This document shows, piece by piece, positions 45,504 through 54,838 of a stretch of 64,000 nucleotides of DNA. Source of the stretch: Bacteroidales bacterium (GTDB taxonomy: Bacteria > Bacteroidota > Bacteroidia > Bacteroidales > UBA932); the NCBI GenBank assembly GCA_017962375.1, contig JAGCVJ010000014.1, positions 42,790 to 106,789 of the forward strand, given 5' to 3'. The position numbers were made by a program, and so were the translations under genes. The notes below the pieces were generated by a model. The model was not told where the DNA came from, searched no databases, and saw only the letters and a program-made list of their open reading frames with translations. Every line of letters starts with the position of its first letter. Position 1 is the first letter of the stretch.

Positions 45504-46835
45504 TTACTTCTTTGGACGGCTCCTCATTATCTTCATCACTGCAGCCTTGCTCTGGCGGATGGTGTCCAGCAGAGGAATGAATGCAGGACAAGTGAACGAG
45601 CAGCAACCGCACTCGATGCAGTCATAAACGTGATGCTCTTCCAGCTCGTCCATCATGCCAGCCTTGCCCAGCTTGTTCAGCAGATAAGGCTCAAGTCCCA
45701 TAGGGCATGCGCCCACGCATTTGCCGCAGCGGATGCAGTTGCTCTCCTCCTTCCTCTTTGTCTGGGCCTCTGTCATATAGAGGATTGAGGAAGTACCCTT
45801 GAGGGTTGGAGCGTTGATGTTGGAAATGGCCTTGCCCATCATAGGGCCGCCGCTGATGATCTTGGAAGCGTCCTCAGGCACTCCGCCGCAGTAGTCCATA
45901 ATGAAGCTCAGCGGTGTTCCCACCCTGTGCAGGAAGTTTCTCTGGGCCTTGCTGCAGTCTCCGGTAACGGTCATAATGCCTTCGAACAGAGGCTTGTTCT
46001 TCTGGACAGCCTCGTAAACGGCAAAGGCAGTGCCCACGTTCTGCACTACAGCGCCCGTATCTACAGGAAGCCCCTGAGAAGGAACTCTCTTGCGGATGAC
46101 AGCGTCTATGAGCTGTTTCTCGCCGCCCTGCGGATATTTCTTTTTCAGCGGAACAATTTCAACTCCAGGATATTTCGGAGCCAGATCTGAAAGCTTCTTT
46201 ATGGCCTCAGGCTTGTTCTCCTCAATTCCAACATAGTACTTGTCCACTCCCAGGGCCTTCATAAGTATGGTTCCTCCGATGAGCACCTGCTCCGGCATCT
46301 CCATCATAACCCTGTAGTCTGATGTCAAATAAGGCTCGCACTCGGCGCCGTTTATTATAACGCAGGTAGGAGTTGCTGTTGGAGGAGGAGACAGCTTCAC
46401 GTTTGTAGGGAAAGTGGCGCCTCCCAGACCTACAACTCCGCAGGCCTTGATCCTGTCAACTATCTCTTTCTTGTCCAGCTTAATTTCTCTCACGATTTCC
46501 TCCGAGCGGTCTATGTCTTCCATCCACTCGTCGCCTTCCACCTCAATGGTTACGGTGTTGACAGGCCTCTTCGCCAGGTCGTTGACCATGCCGATAGCCT
46601 TTACCGTACCGCTTACAGAAGAATGAACCGGCGCTGAAACAAAACCGGTAGGATTTCCTATGATCTGGCCCACTTTCACCTTGTCGCCCACTGCAACGCA
46701 AGGCGCTGCCGGAGCTCCAAGATGCTGTGCCATGGAAATGTACACGATCTTAGGAATAGGAAGTTTCTCGATTTTGGCGTCCTTTGATATTTTCTTGTCT
46801 GCAGGATGGACGCCTCCCATTCTGAATGTTCTCAT
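45504..46835 (-). CDS. rnfC: Rnf complex subunit C
   Basis: ORF track, 443 aa. CIRCGKCVGACP and CIECGCCSFTCP motifs. Confidence 0.93.
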   Translation of the reverse strand: MRTFRMGGVHPADKKISKDAKIEKLPIPKIVYISMAQHLGAPAAPCVAVGDKVKVGQIIGNPTGFVSAPVHSSVSGTVKAIGMVNDLAKRPVNTVTIEVEGDEWMEDIDRSEEIVREIKLDKKEIVDRIKACGVVGLGGATFPTNVKLSPPPTATPTCVIINGAECEPYLTSDYRVMMEMPEQVLIGGTILMKALGVDKYYVGIEENKPEAIKKLSDLAPKYPGVEIVPLKKKYPQGGEKQLIDAVIRKRVPSQGLPVDTGAVVQNVGTAFAVYEAVQKNKPLFEGIMTVTGDCSKAQRNFLHRVGTPLSFIMDYCGGVPEDASKIISGGPMMGKAISNINAPTLKGTSSILYMTEAQTKRKEESNCIRCGKCVGACPMGLEPYLLNKLGKAGMMDELEEHHVYDCIECGCCSFTCPAFIPLLDTIRQSKAAVMKIMRSRPKK

Positions 46836-46838
46836 AGC

Positions 46839-47774
46839 CTATTCTGTTTTTTGAACCGGTATCTCTACTTTCTTTTCTTCTGGCTGGGCCTGGGGCTGAA
46901 CCGGCTTTGCCTGCGCTGCTGCGGCAGGGGTTGCGGCTGCCGGCTTAACAGCTGCCGGCCTAGGAGGGAAGTTCACTTCGTGAATTGCTCCGGTAGGACA
47001 TTCAACCACGCACTTGCGGCACATGCGGCACTTGGTGAAGTCGATATAAGCCAGATTGGTTTCTACGGTTATGGCCTCGAAAGGACAAACCTTGGCGCAT
47101 TTTCCGCAGCCGATGCAGGCGCTCAGGCAAGCCTTTCTGGCAACCGCGCCTTTTTCCTTGTTGCGGCAGGCCACATAAACTCTCCTGCCCTTAGGACCCT
47201 TGTTCCTGAGCTCGAGAAGCAGCTTAGGACAAGCCTTGGTGCAGGCTCCGCAGCCCGTGCACTTTTCTTCATCCACCTCCGGAAGCCCGGTCTTAGGGTT
47301 AACCTTGATGGCGCCGAACTGGCAGGCAGCCTCACAGTCTCCGTAGCCGAGGCAGCCGAACAGGCAGTCCGTCTCTCCTCCGTACAGAGAGGCAACCGTG
47401 GCACAAGAGGCAACGCCTTCGTACCTGGTGGTCTTCTTTCTTTTTTCGCAATTTCCATTGCATCTCAAAACTGCAACCTGAGGTTCTTTGGCTTCAATTG
47501 TCTGGCCGAGTGCCTCAGCGACTTTCTGCATAACAGCATTGCCGCCCACCGGACAGAAAAGAGAGCCCAATCCCTCTTTTACAGCAGCTTCCGCAAATGC
47601 CCTGCATCCGGCCTTGCCGCAGCCGCCGCAATTGGCGCCCGGCATCAGAGCTTCCACGGTATCGATCCTAGGATCTTCTTCTACCTTGAACTTCTGAGCC
47701 ACAATGTAGAGCACAATCGCCAGCAACAGTCCCAGAACTGCAAGTGCGGCGATAGTAAAGATTATTATATTCAT
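46839..47774 (-). CDS. rnfB: Rnf complex subunit B (polyferredoxin) with an Ala/Pro-rich C-terminal extension
   Basis: ORF track, 311 aa. N-terminal TM helix and several CxxCxxC clusters. Tail PPRPAAVKPAAATPAAAAQAKPVQPQAQPEEKK. Confidence 0.9.
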   Translation of the reverse strand: MNIIIFTIAALAVLGLLLAIVLYIVAQKFKVEEDPRIDTVEALMPGANCGGCGKAGCRAFAEAAVKEGLGSLFCPVGGNAVMQKVAEALGQTIEAKEPQVAVLRCNGNCEKRKKTTRYEGVASCATVASLYGGETDCLFGCLGYGDCEAACQFGAIKVNPKTGLPEVDEEKCTGCGACTKACPKLLLELRNKGPKGRRVYVACRNKEKGAVARKACLSACIGCGKCAKVCPFEAITVETNLAYIDFTKCRMCRKCVVECPTGAIHEVNFPPRPAAVKPAAATPAAAAQAKPVQPQAQPEEKKVEIPVQKTE

Positions 47775-47785
47775 TTAGTTATTAG

Positions 47786-48217
47786 TTAGTTGTCTTCTTC
47801 ACTGGGAGCAATTTCAAAGCTGAAATGGCGGCCGATTTTCTTTCTGAAAAGGTAGAGGAAAAAGAAATAGACCGTTATAGCTCCCAGAACGGTCAAACCC
47901 GTTGCCAATTCGCTTGCTCCCAAGTGTTGCAAATATAACAAAAAGGTTACTAATATGACAGCGGGAATTGCATAAACAAGCCAGACGGCTTTCATTCCCA
48001 TAGATTCTTTCAGATTGACGCAAACTTTATCACCCACCTTGAAGCGGCCGGTGTCGGATGTCTTGACTTCTATTGTCTTTTCAGCCATGTCGGCGGCAGA
48101 GCACAGCCCCTTGGCGTGGCAGGACGCGCAGGCGCTCTTGGACACGATCGAAACCTTGTATCCGGAGGGGGTTACCTCAGCAACAATGCCGTCGTGACCA
48201 ATTATCCCTTTTTTCAT
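47786..48217 (-). CDS. RseC/MucC-family (SoxR-reducing system) protein
   Basis: ORF track, 143 aa. N-terminal Cys-rich segment plus two TM helices. Leads the rnf operon. Confidence 0.75.
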   Translation of the reverse strand: MKKGIIGHDGIVAEVTPSGYKVSIVSKSACASCHAKGLCSAADMAEKTIEVKTSDTGRFKVGDKVCVNLKESMGMKAVWLVYAIPAVILVTFLLYLQHLGASELATGLTVLGAITVYFFFLYLFRKKIGRHFSFEIAPSEEDN

Positions 48218-48229
48218 CGCCGATGAAAA

Positions 48230-49024
48230 CTATTTGATTTTGCACTCAACCGGATACTTGGTGCCGGTTATAGCAGAGATTCTTCCCTGAACCTTGCCCA
48301 CAATCACAGGAGACTCGAAAAACAGAGGAATCTTGTTCTGGTCGTCAGATACCCAGATGGTCATGTCCTCCTTGCCGTCGAACACGTTTCCGGCCACCAC
48401 CTTGGCGGTGAACTTCATTGTCCTGTAGGTGCCCATTCCCGGGATCTTCTTGTTCTCCTTGCCCTGATATATGAAATACAGGTTGTAGATTTCCTTGTCA
48501 ATGACAAACTCCAGAGGCTTCTTCACCCCGATGCTCGACTCGGCAAAACTCATTGTCCTGTACTTGAAGAACAGCGTCAGCAGATCCATAGTGTTAGCCG
48601 TTCCCTTGAGAAGGGTGTCAACCGCCGGCTTGTCTCTTTTCTGGGTGCGGCTGTTAATTGTATAGTTGGCGTTGAAAACCAGGGTGTTGTTCATGTGATA
48701 CTTTCCCTCGGAGGCTTCTCTGTGGAATTTCACCGGCCGGAAAGTTTTCTCGTTGAACCTTGTCTCAAACCTCTCCCTGACCTTGAAGAACATGTCGAAA
48801 AACTTGAATGAACGGCCTGTCAGAAGGACATAGTAACACCCGTCTGAATATGTCAGCTGACACGTTGCGCTCCCCACGTCGGTGACAACTCCGCCCCAGG
48901 TGTAGTTCATTATGAAATTAAGCTTCTCGCCACTCTGGAAAGGATAGTCGTTCTTCTCCTGAGCATAGATGGCAGAAGAAAAAGCAGTTATGGTCAATAC
49001 CAGACAAACAAAGAATTTTTTCAT
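48230..49024 (-). CDS. DUF3108-like secreted protein
   Basis: ORF track, 264 aa with a signal peptide. FQSGEKLNFIMNYTWGGV pattern. Confidence 0.5.
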   Translation of the reverse strand: MKKFFVCLVLTITAFSSAIYAQEKNDYPFQSGEKLNFIMNYTWGGVVTDVGSATCQLTYSDGCYYVLLTGRSFKFFDMFFKVRERFETRFNEKTFRPVKFHREASEGKYHMNNTLVFNANYTINSRTQKRDKPAVDTLLKGTANTMDLLTLFFKYRTMSFAESSIGVKKPLEFVIDKEIYNLYFIYQGKENKKIPGMGTYRTMKFTAKVVAGNVFDGKEDMTIWVSDDQNKIPLFFESPVIVGKVQGRISAITGTKYPVECKIK

Positions 49025-49056
49025 AGCCGTTCCGTTTTCTTCCTGTTTTGAAAAAA

Positions 49057-50562
49057 TTATGCCATAGGGTCGTATTCGTCTTCAGGCATGGTCGGGAACT
49101 CGCCCATGCCGCTGTTGATTCTGGACTGGTAGGAAATCGGAGAAGGAGCGGAAGGAGGCATGGAAGCGTACGAGTCGTTGCGGTCCACAAACTTCATCTG
49201 GGAAGCTATGAACTTGAGTTGAACCTCTCCGGTGGCGCCATTACGGTGCTTGGCTATGATTACGTCGGTGAGGCCCGGCTCCATGTTGATGTCTTCCAGC
49301 CCGTAATACTCAGGACGGTGGAGGAAAAGCACAATGTCCGCATCCTGCTCAATGGCTCCTGACTCTCTCAGGTGAGTCAGCTGAGGCTTTTTCTGTCCGC
49401 CGGTAGAAGACTCTGCCTGGCGGCTGAGCTGCGCCAGCGCTATAACCGGAACGTCCAGCTCCTTGGCAATTGCCTTCAGGCTTCGGGAAATCTCCGCAAC
49501 TTCCTGCTCTCGAACTCCCTTGAGTTCCTTGGAGCCGGTCATAAGCTGCAGGTAGTCTATGATTATCAGCTTCACGCCGCTGTTGCGCACAAGCCTGCGG
49601 GCCTTGGCCCTGAGGTCCACTATAGGGAGTGAAGGAGTGTCGTCTATATAAATCGGAGCTTCCACCAGACGCTTGATGCTGTCGTCCAGCTGTGTCCAGT
49701 CTGCCTGAGTCATCTTGGTGCTTCCCTTGATCTTGTCTGAAGGAAGCCCGCTCTCGGCCACCAGAAGCCTCTCGATGAGCTGGGTAGGAGCCTGCTCCAG
49801 GGAGAAGAACGCAATCGGGATATTGAAATCCACCGCCATGTTTCTGGCCATTGTCAGCACGAAGGCGGTCTTTCCCATACCAGGACGGCCGGCTATGATC
49901 ACCAGGTCAGAAGGATGCCATCCGAAGGTAATCTTGTCCAGAGCCATGTATCCGCTCTGCAGGCCGGTCTGCCCGCCCTCTTTGCTCTGCAGCTCCTCCA
50001 GGCTGGCCAGCTTGTTCTTTATGATTTCGGAAATGGTCTGCTCCTTGCGGCTCATGTTGGTCTCCGACAGCTCGAACAGCTTCTGCTGCACGGTGTTCAA
50101 AAGAGAGTCCACCGGCTCGCTCTCGTCGTAAGACTTGCGGAGAGTCTCGTTGGTGATAGAGATCATCTCTCTCTGGATGAACTTGTCCACCAGAATCTTG
50201 GCGTAGAAGTTCACATGCACCGCCGCTCCTATGTCGGAAGTGAGGCGAGTCAGGTAGTCCAGCCCGCCTGCGGCATCAAAGTCTCCGTTGAGCTTCAGCC
50301 TTTCAGCCACCGTCATCATGTCCACCGGGCGGGAGGACGCGCTCAGCTGGCTGATTGCCTTGAATATCATCTTGTTCTCCGGCTTGTAAAAACAGCCTTC
50401 CTGAAGAACCGTCATAAGCTCTTCCACTATATCCTGGTCCAGCATCAAAGCTCCCAGCACGGAAGCCTCCACCTCCGGAGCCTGAGGCACTTTCACCCCG
50501 TGCTCCAGCGCTGACACCTCGAGGTCTGCCTCTGCTTTCCTGTTTCTTGCAGTCTTTGCCAT
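49057..50562 (-). CDS. dnaB: Replicative DNA helicase
   Basis: ORF track, 501 aa. Walker A GRPGMGKT, plus IIIDYLQLM. Confidence 0.96.
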   Translation of the reverse strand: MAKTARNRKAEADLEVSALEHGVKVPQAPEVEASVLGALMLDQDIVEELMTVLQEGCFYKPENKMIFKAISQLSASSRPVDMMTVAERLKLNGDFDAAGGLDYLTRLTSDIGAAVHVNFYAKILVDKFIQREMISITNETLRKSYDESEPVDSLLNTVQQKLFELSETNMSRKEQTISEIIKNKLASLEELQSKEGGQTGLQSGYMALDKITFGWHPSDLVIIAGRPGMGKTAFVLTMARNMAVDFNIPIAFFSLEQAPTQLIERLLVAESGLPSDKIKGSTKMTQADWTQLDDSIKRLVEAPIYIDDTPSLPIVDLRAKARRLVRNSGVKLIIIDYLQLMTGSKELKGVREQEVAEISRSLKAIAKELDVPVIALAQLSRQAESSTGGQKKPQLTHLRESGAIEQDADIVLFLHRPEYYGLEDINMEPGLTDVIIAKHRNGATGEVQLKFIASQMKFVDRNDSYASMPPSAPSPISYQSRINSGMGEFPTMPEDEYDPMA

Positions 50563-50571
50563 AAATCTCTC

Positions 50572-51768
50572 CTAAAGTTTGTCCAAAGCCCTCCTTACCG
50601 CCTCAATTCCAAGGTCTATCTCCTGATCGGTGATGCACAGCGGAGGGGCTATCCTGAAGGATGTCGGCTGGAAAAGGAACCAGTCCGTAAGCACTCCCTC
50701 ATCAAGTAGTAAATATAGCACTTTTTTCGCTTTCTCTGCATCCCCCAGATCAACGGCAATCAGCAGGCCCGCCGCACGAATCTCTTTGACAGCGGGATGT
50801 GAAATCAGGGCGTCATAAATTTTTTTCGACTTTCTTTCCACTTCCCCCACCCAGTCTTTCTCAAGCAGGAGCTTCAGCGATGCCAGGGCCGCCGCGCAGC
50901 ACACCGGATGGCCGCCGAAGGTGGTGATATGCCCCAGAGGAGGGTCTGTCTGCCAGCATTTCATCCTCTCTGAAGATGTTACCATCGCTCCCAGCGGCAT
51001 TCCTCCACCCAGCGCCTTTGCCAGAGTAAGTATATCGGGGACAACACCGTACTTTTCAAACGCGAACATCTTTCCCGTTCTCCCGAATCCGGTCTGCACC
51101 TCGTCAAATATCAGCAGAGCCCCCACGGAGTCGCATTTTTTCCTCAGCGATGCCAGAAATCCGTCCTTAGGTATCTGCACTCCGCCTTCTCCCTGTACCG
51201 GCTCTATTATAACGGCTGCGGTATGTTCGTCGATTACCGACAGAGAATCCACATCGTTGAACACGATATGCTCCACCATTGGCATAAGCGGGCGGAAGGC
51301 TCCCTTGAACTCCTCGCTGCTCATAAGGCTGAGGTTGCCCTGGGTGCTTCCGTGATAGGCATTGCGGCAGCTCACTATTTTTCTTCGGCCGGTTATCCTC
51401 TTTGCCAGCTTCACAGCGGCCTCGTTTGCCTCGCTTCCGCTGTTCACATAATACACGCAGTCCAGAGATGAAGGAAGTATCGATGTCAAAAGACGGGCGT
51501 GCAGCACCTGCGGAGACTCTATCATCTCCCCGTAGACCATCAGGTGGGCATAGTTTTCCATCTGCTGCTTTACAGCCTCCACCACTTCACGCCTGGCATG
51601 GCCCACGTTGCTTACGCATACGCCGGATATGAAATCGAGATATCTTCTGGATTCGGAGTAAAAGAAAACACCCTCTGCCTTCACTATGGATAATCCTAGC
51701 GGGGAAGAGGATGTCTGTCCTACATGCCTGAAGAAGAGATCCCTTAAAGTATAGGACCTGTCCTCCAT
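50572..51768 (-). CDS. Class-III PLP aminotransferase (acetylornithine/ornithine aminotransferase-like)
   Basis: Track ORF reaches 51837. The ATG at 51768 (MEDRSYTL..) starts just after the upstream stop. LIFDEVQTGFGRTG motif. Confidence 0.85.
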   Translation of the reverse strand: MEDRSYTLRDLFFRHVGQTSSSPLGLSIVKAEGVFFYSESRRYLDFISGVCVSNVGHARREVVEAVKQQMENYAHLMVYGEMIESPQVLHARLLTSILPSSLDCVYYVNSGSEANEAAVKLAKRITGRRKIVSCRNAYHGSTQGNLSLMSSEEFKGAFRPLMPMVEHIVFNDVDSLSVIDEHTAAVIIEPVQGEGGVQIPKDGFLASLRKKCDSVGALLIFDEVQTGFGRTGKMFAFEKYGVVPDILTLAKALGGGMPLGAMVTSSERMKCWQTDPPLGHITTFGGHPVCCAAALASLKLLLEKDWVGEVERKSKKIYDALISHPAVKEIRAAGLLIAVDLGDAEKAKKVLYLLLDEGVLTDWFLFQPTSFRIAPPLCITDQEIDLGIEAVRRALDKL

Positions 51769-51772
51769 AACG

Positions 51773-52636
51773 CTATTTTTTCTTTGCTGCTTTCTTTGCA
51801 GTTTTCTCTTCTGACTCTTGAGCCTGGTCTTCTGCAAACCTGGAGCTTACGAGAATCCTTCCGCAGTACTCGCAAACGACAATCTTCCTGCTCTCGTCTA
51901 TGTCTATCTCCCTCTGAGGAGGTATCTTGTTGAAGCATCCGCCGCAAGCGCCTTTCCAGACGGTAACCACAGCCATCTTGTTGCGCACGTTGCCTCTAAC
52001 CTTCTTGTAGGCTGCCAGCATCCTGGCATCGAGCTGCTCCTGGTAGGATGAGCTTACCTGCTGAAGCTGCTGTACTTCTTTCTCGGTCTCTTTCTCAATG
52101 TTCTCCAGCTCCTTGCGCTTTGCCTCAAGGTCTGCCTCACGGCCCTTGGTCTCCTCATCCAGAAGCGCCAGTTCCTCTTTCTTCTCCACCAGCTTCTTTG
52201 TGCCCTCGTTCGCCTTCTTCTCGGCCAGCTGCACTGCCAGCTGCTGGAACTCTATCTCCTTGGAAATGGACTCGAACTCGCGGTTGTTCCTTACGTTGTT
52301 CCTCTGCTGCTCGTACTTCTTGATGGACATGCGCCTTTCTTCCATCTCGTTTTTTCTCTCGGCGATGAAAGCCTCTATCTCCTTGATATCTTTCTGGATA
52401 TCTTGGTGCTTGACCTTCAGGCCGGTTACCTCGTCTTCAAGATCTCTGACCTCCAGAGGAAGCTCTCCCCTGAGAAGGTAAATGGAGTCTATCTTGGAGT
52501 CTGTCTGCTGGAGAAGATACAGCAGGTGGAGCTTGCGTTCCATTTCCGCTGCGTCAGCGTTCTTTGTGGAAATCTGCAGGGATGTAAAGGTCTCCCCGCC
52601 AGTCTGAGGTTTTTTCGTATTCTTTGTTGTTGCCAT
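51773..52636 (-). CDS. COG1579-type coiled-coil zinc-ribbon protein
   Basis: ORF track, 287 aa. Long coiled coil followed by CGGCFNKIPPQ..CEYCGRIL. Classic partner of NIF3. Confidence 0.8.
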   Translation of the reverse strand: MATTKNTKKPQTGGETFTSLQISTKNADAAEMERKLHLLYLLQQTDSKIDSIYLLRGELPLEVRDLEDEVTGLKVKHQDIQKDIKEIEAFIAERKNEMEERRMSIKKYEQQRNNVRNNREFESISKEIEFQQLAVQLAEKKANEGTKKLVEKKEELALLDEETKGREADLEAKRKELENIEKETEKEVQQLQQVSSSYQEQLDARMLAAYKKVRGNVRNKMAVVTVWKGACGGCFNKIPPQREIDIDESRKIVVCEYCGRILVSSRFAEDQAQESEEKTAKKAAKKK

Positions 52637-52637
52637 A

Positions 52638-53435
52638 TCAATAATAAAATATCGGGCTCTTGTCGGCCTCGCTCAATAGGACGGCAAATTTAGGAAATTT
52701 TTTCTTAATAATGTGTTCCAGAAGCTCTATTGCCGGAAGTTCGGAGTAATGATGACCCACGTCCACCACCATAAATCCGGAAGGACAATAAAAATTGTGA
52801 TGCGTAACATCCCCTGTCACAAGCACTTGCGCACCAGCCTCCACTGCATCTGCAATTGCTCCCTGTCCCCCTCCCGAAGAAACCGCCACCTTGGATACTT
52901 TCCCCGGAATCAAAGACGACGTCCTTACGCATTCACATCCAAACGCCTTCTTAACTTTCTCCACAAAGGCATCGCTTCCCATCGGCCGGGCAAGCTTCCC
53001 CACCCGAGAAAAACCGTCCGCTCCCAGCACAGACACATCTCCCAGCCCCAAACGTCCGGCCATTATATCGTTCAGCCCTCCACTGGCCTTGTCAAGCGGC
53101 GTGTGAGAAGAGTAAACCGTTATCCCGGAACGAATCGCGAGCATTATTGTATCTGACCTGACATCCCCTTCCAGAATGGAAAGGCACGGCTTGTGCACAA
53201 TCAGAGGATGGTGGGTAACTATCATATCGCACCCTTTCTCCACTGCCTCTTTCACTACTTCAAGCGAGCAGTTCAGCGCTATCAACGCCTTCGAAACCAG
53301 AGCCTGCGGATTTCCTACTGTAAACCCACTGTTGTCCCACTCGGCCTGCAGGCCAAGCGGCGCAAATTCCTCTATCGCCTCAGCGATTTGCCTCGCCCTG
53401 ACCTTATTCTGTTTCATTTTCGCTGTCATTTTCAT
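52638..53435 (-). CDS. Nif3-like dinuclear metal-centre protein
   Basis: ORF track, 265 aa. MIVTHHPLI motif. Start uncertain: ATGs at 53435, 53429 and 53417. Confidence 0.85.
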   Translation of the reverse strand: MKMTAKMKQNKVRARQIAEAIEEFAPLGLQAEWDNSGFTVGNPQALVSKALIALNCSLEVVKEAVEKGCDMIVTHHPLIVHKPCLSILEGDVRSDTIMLAIRSGITVYSSHTPLDKASGGLNDIMAGRLGLGDVSVLGADGFSRVGKLARPMGSDAFVEKVKKAFGCECVRTSSLIPGKVSKVAVSSGGGQGAIADAVEAGAQVLVTGDVTHHNFYCPSGFMVVDVGHHYSELPAIELLEHIIKKKFPKFAVLLSEADKSPIFYY

Positions 53436-53763
53436 CGCCCTCCTGATTCATTACCGCCACCAGCCTTGCCCTGATAGACCTGAGCCTCTCAATGACTTCC
53501 AGCTTGCTGTCAGCCCCTGAAAGATTCTGCTTCAGGCGTGCCTTGGCCCCTTCCAGAGTCATCCCGCACTCTTTCACCAGATGGTGTATCATCTTGAAAG
53601 TGCCAATGTCTTTCTGGGTGAAAAACCTGTTGCCTTTCTTGTTTCTTACCGGCTTGATGAACGATGAGAACTTGTCTGACCAGAACCTGACCAGCGAAGC
53701 GTTCTCTCCCAGGATCGCTGAGACATCCCCTACCGTATAATATAGTTTGCTGCCTTCTTCCAT
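53404..53763 (-). CDS. MerR-family HTH transcriptional regulator
   Basis: The track ORF begins with TTG at 53772; the first ATG is at 53763 (MEEGSKLYYTVGDVSAILGENASLVRFW). Confidence 0.75.
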   Translation of the reverse strand: MEEGSKLYYTVGDVSAILGENASLVRFWSDKFSSFIKPVRNKKGNRFFTQKDIGTFKMIHHLVKECGMTLEGAKARLKQNLSGADSKLEVIERLRSIRARLVAVMNQEGDENDSENETE

Positions 53764-53864
53764 ACTCTGCAAATTTAAACAAAAATGAGAAACGCACTAA
53801 AAGACTTTTAGAAGCAAGAATATTTCGCACCCCATTCCTTGAATTTTGAACAGTTCCACTATAT

Positions 53865-54617
53865 TTAAGAGGATGATAACAAGAATAGAGCTATTTCATA
53901 CATAAGTTCATATTGCTCCATAAATGGAGCACAAAAAGACAATCCCGATTGTTCTAAAAAAGAATTGACTGTCTCGAAATCAACATAATAGATGTTATTC
54001 TTAAAAGAAATACACCAAGGAGTTCCTTTAAAAAAACTATATGGATATATATCTATTATGTTGTTTCCATCTTTATCTATCAGCAACATTTCAAAATCAG
54101 GAATGTAGACAATTAACTCCGGATTATGCGAAAGTTTTTCAAAATCCTTAAATGATAATTGAAACGAATTAATTTTTAATTTCCTGAGCTTTTTCTTTGT
54201 GTATTTTTTACTTGGATTAATAAATCTATAGTCAGTATTTGCAAAATCATCTATGCCCTTTAGGTATTTTTTATACAGCTTCTCATCAACATTGAATTTC
54301 AATAAATCACAAAGCTGGTTCTGATTGTTATTTATTTGATGACATAAACTATCAACCATACTGGATTTAATTATTTGAGGTATCTGACGATGAGAAAAGG
54401 ACGAGTTTTCTTGCGGTATATACTCATAACAATCACCCTTCTTCTTAAAACAAAGGGAGCAGAAAGGTGGTGCATACCCTACGGAATACTCTCTATACTT
54501 AATCACAATATCGGCAATAGTGTCTTTATCAATTTCTTGAGAATACAATACTCCTATATTGAAGAATACAAGTAATATACAAAGAGTCTTATTTTTAATT
54601 CTGTTGTTACTGGACAT
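53865..54617 (-). CDS. AT-rich secreted ORFan
   Basis: Track ORF 53865..54623 starts with TTG; the first ATG is at 54617. Signal-like LCILLVFFNIGVLYSQ. No family recognised. Very low G+C. Confidence 0.55.
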   Translation of the reverse strand: MSSNNRIKNKTLCILLVFFNIGVLYSQEIDKDTIADIVIKYREYSVGYAPPFCSLCFKKKGDCYEYIPQENSSFSHRQIPQIIKSSMVDSLCHQINNNQNQLCDLLKFNVDEKLYKKYLKGIDDFANTDYRFINPSKKYTKKKLRKLKINSFQLSFKDFEKLSHNPELIVYIPDFEMLLIDKDGNNIIDIYPYSFFKGTPWCISFKNNIYYVDFETVNSFLEQSGLSFCAPFMEQYELMYEIALFLLSSS

Positions 54618-54786
54618 TACCAATATTAGCCTCTAATTATACCAAGTACAAGATAATAAAAAAGAAAGTAGTTTTGTTGACCATAGTGCACAAAATGCAA
54701 TTATTTTTGAATTTGTTCATTATAAAAAACATCCCAACATCTATGTCATCAGGTAAAAGAAGATAAATGTTTTCGAAAAGAAATGT

Positions 54787-54794
54787 TAATTTTG
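54787..54794 (+). promoter_or_regulatory. TAnnTTTG -7 box (TAATTTTG) for alaS
   Basis: Ends 45 nt upstream of the ATG at 54839. A GCCGAAA..TTTCGGC hairpin (54804-54824) lies in the leader. Confidence 0.45.
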
Positions 54795-54838
54795 TACGAT
54801 TATGCCGAAATGTGTGTTTTCGGCAGATTTGACAGTAT

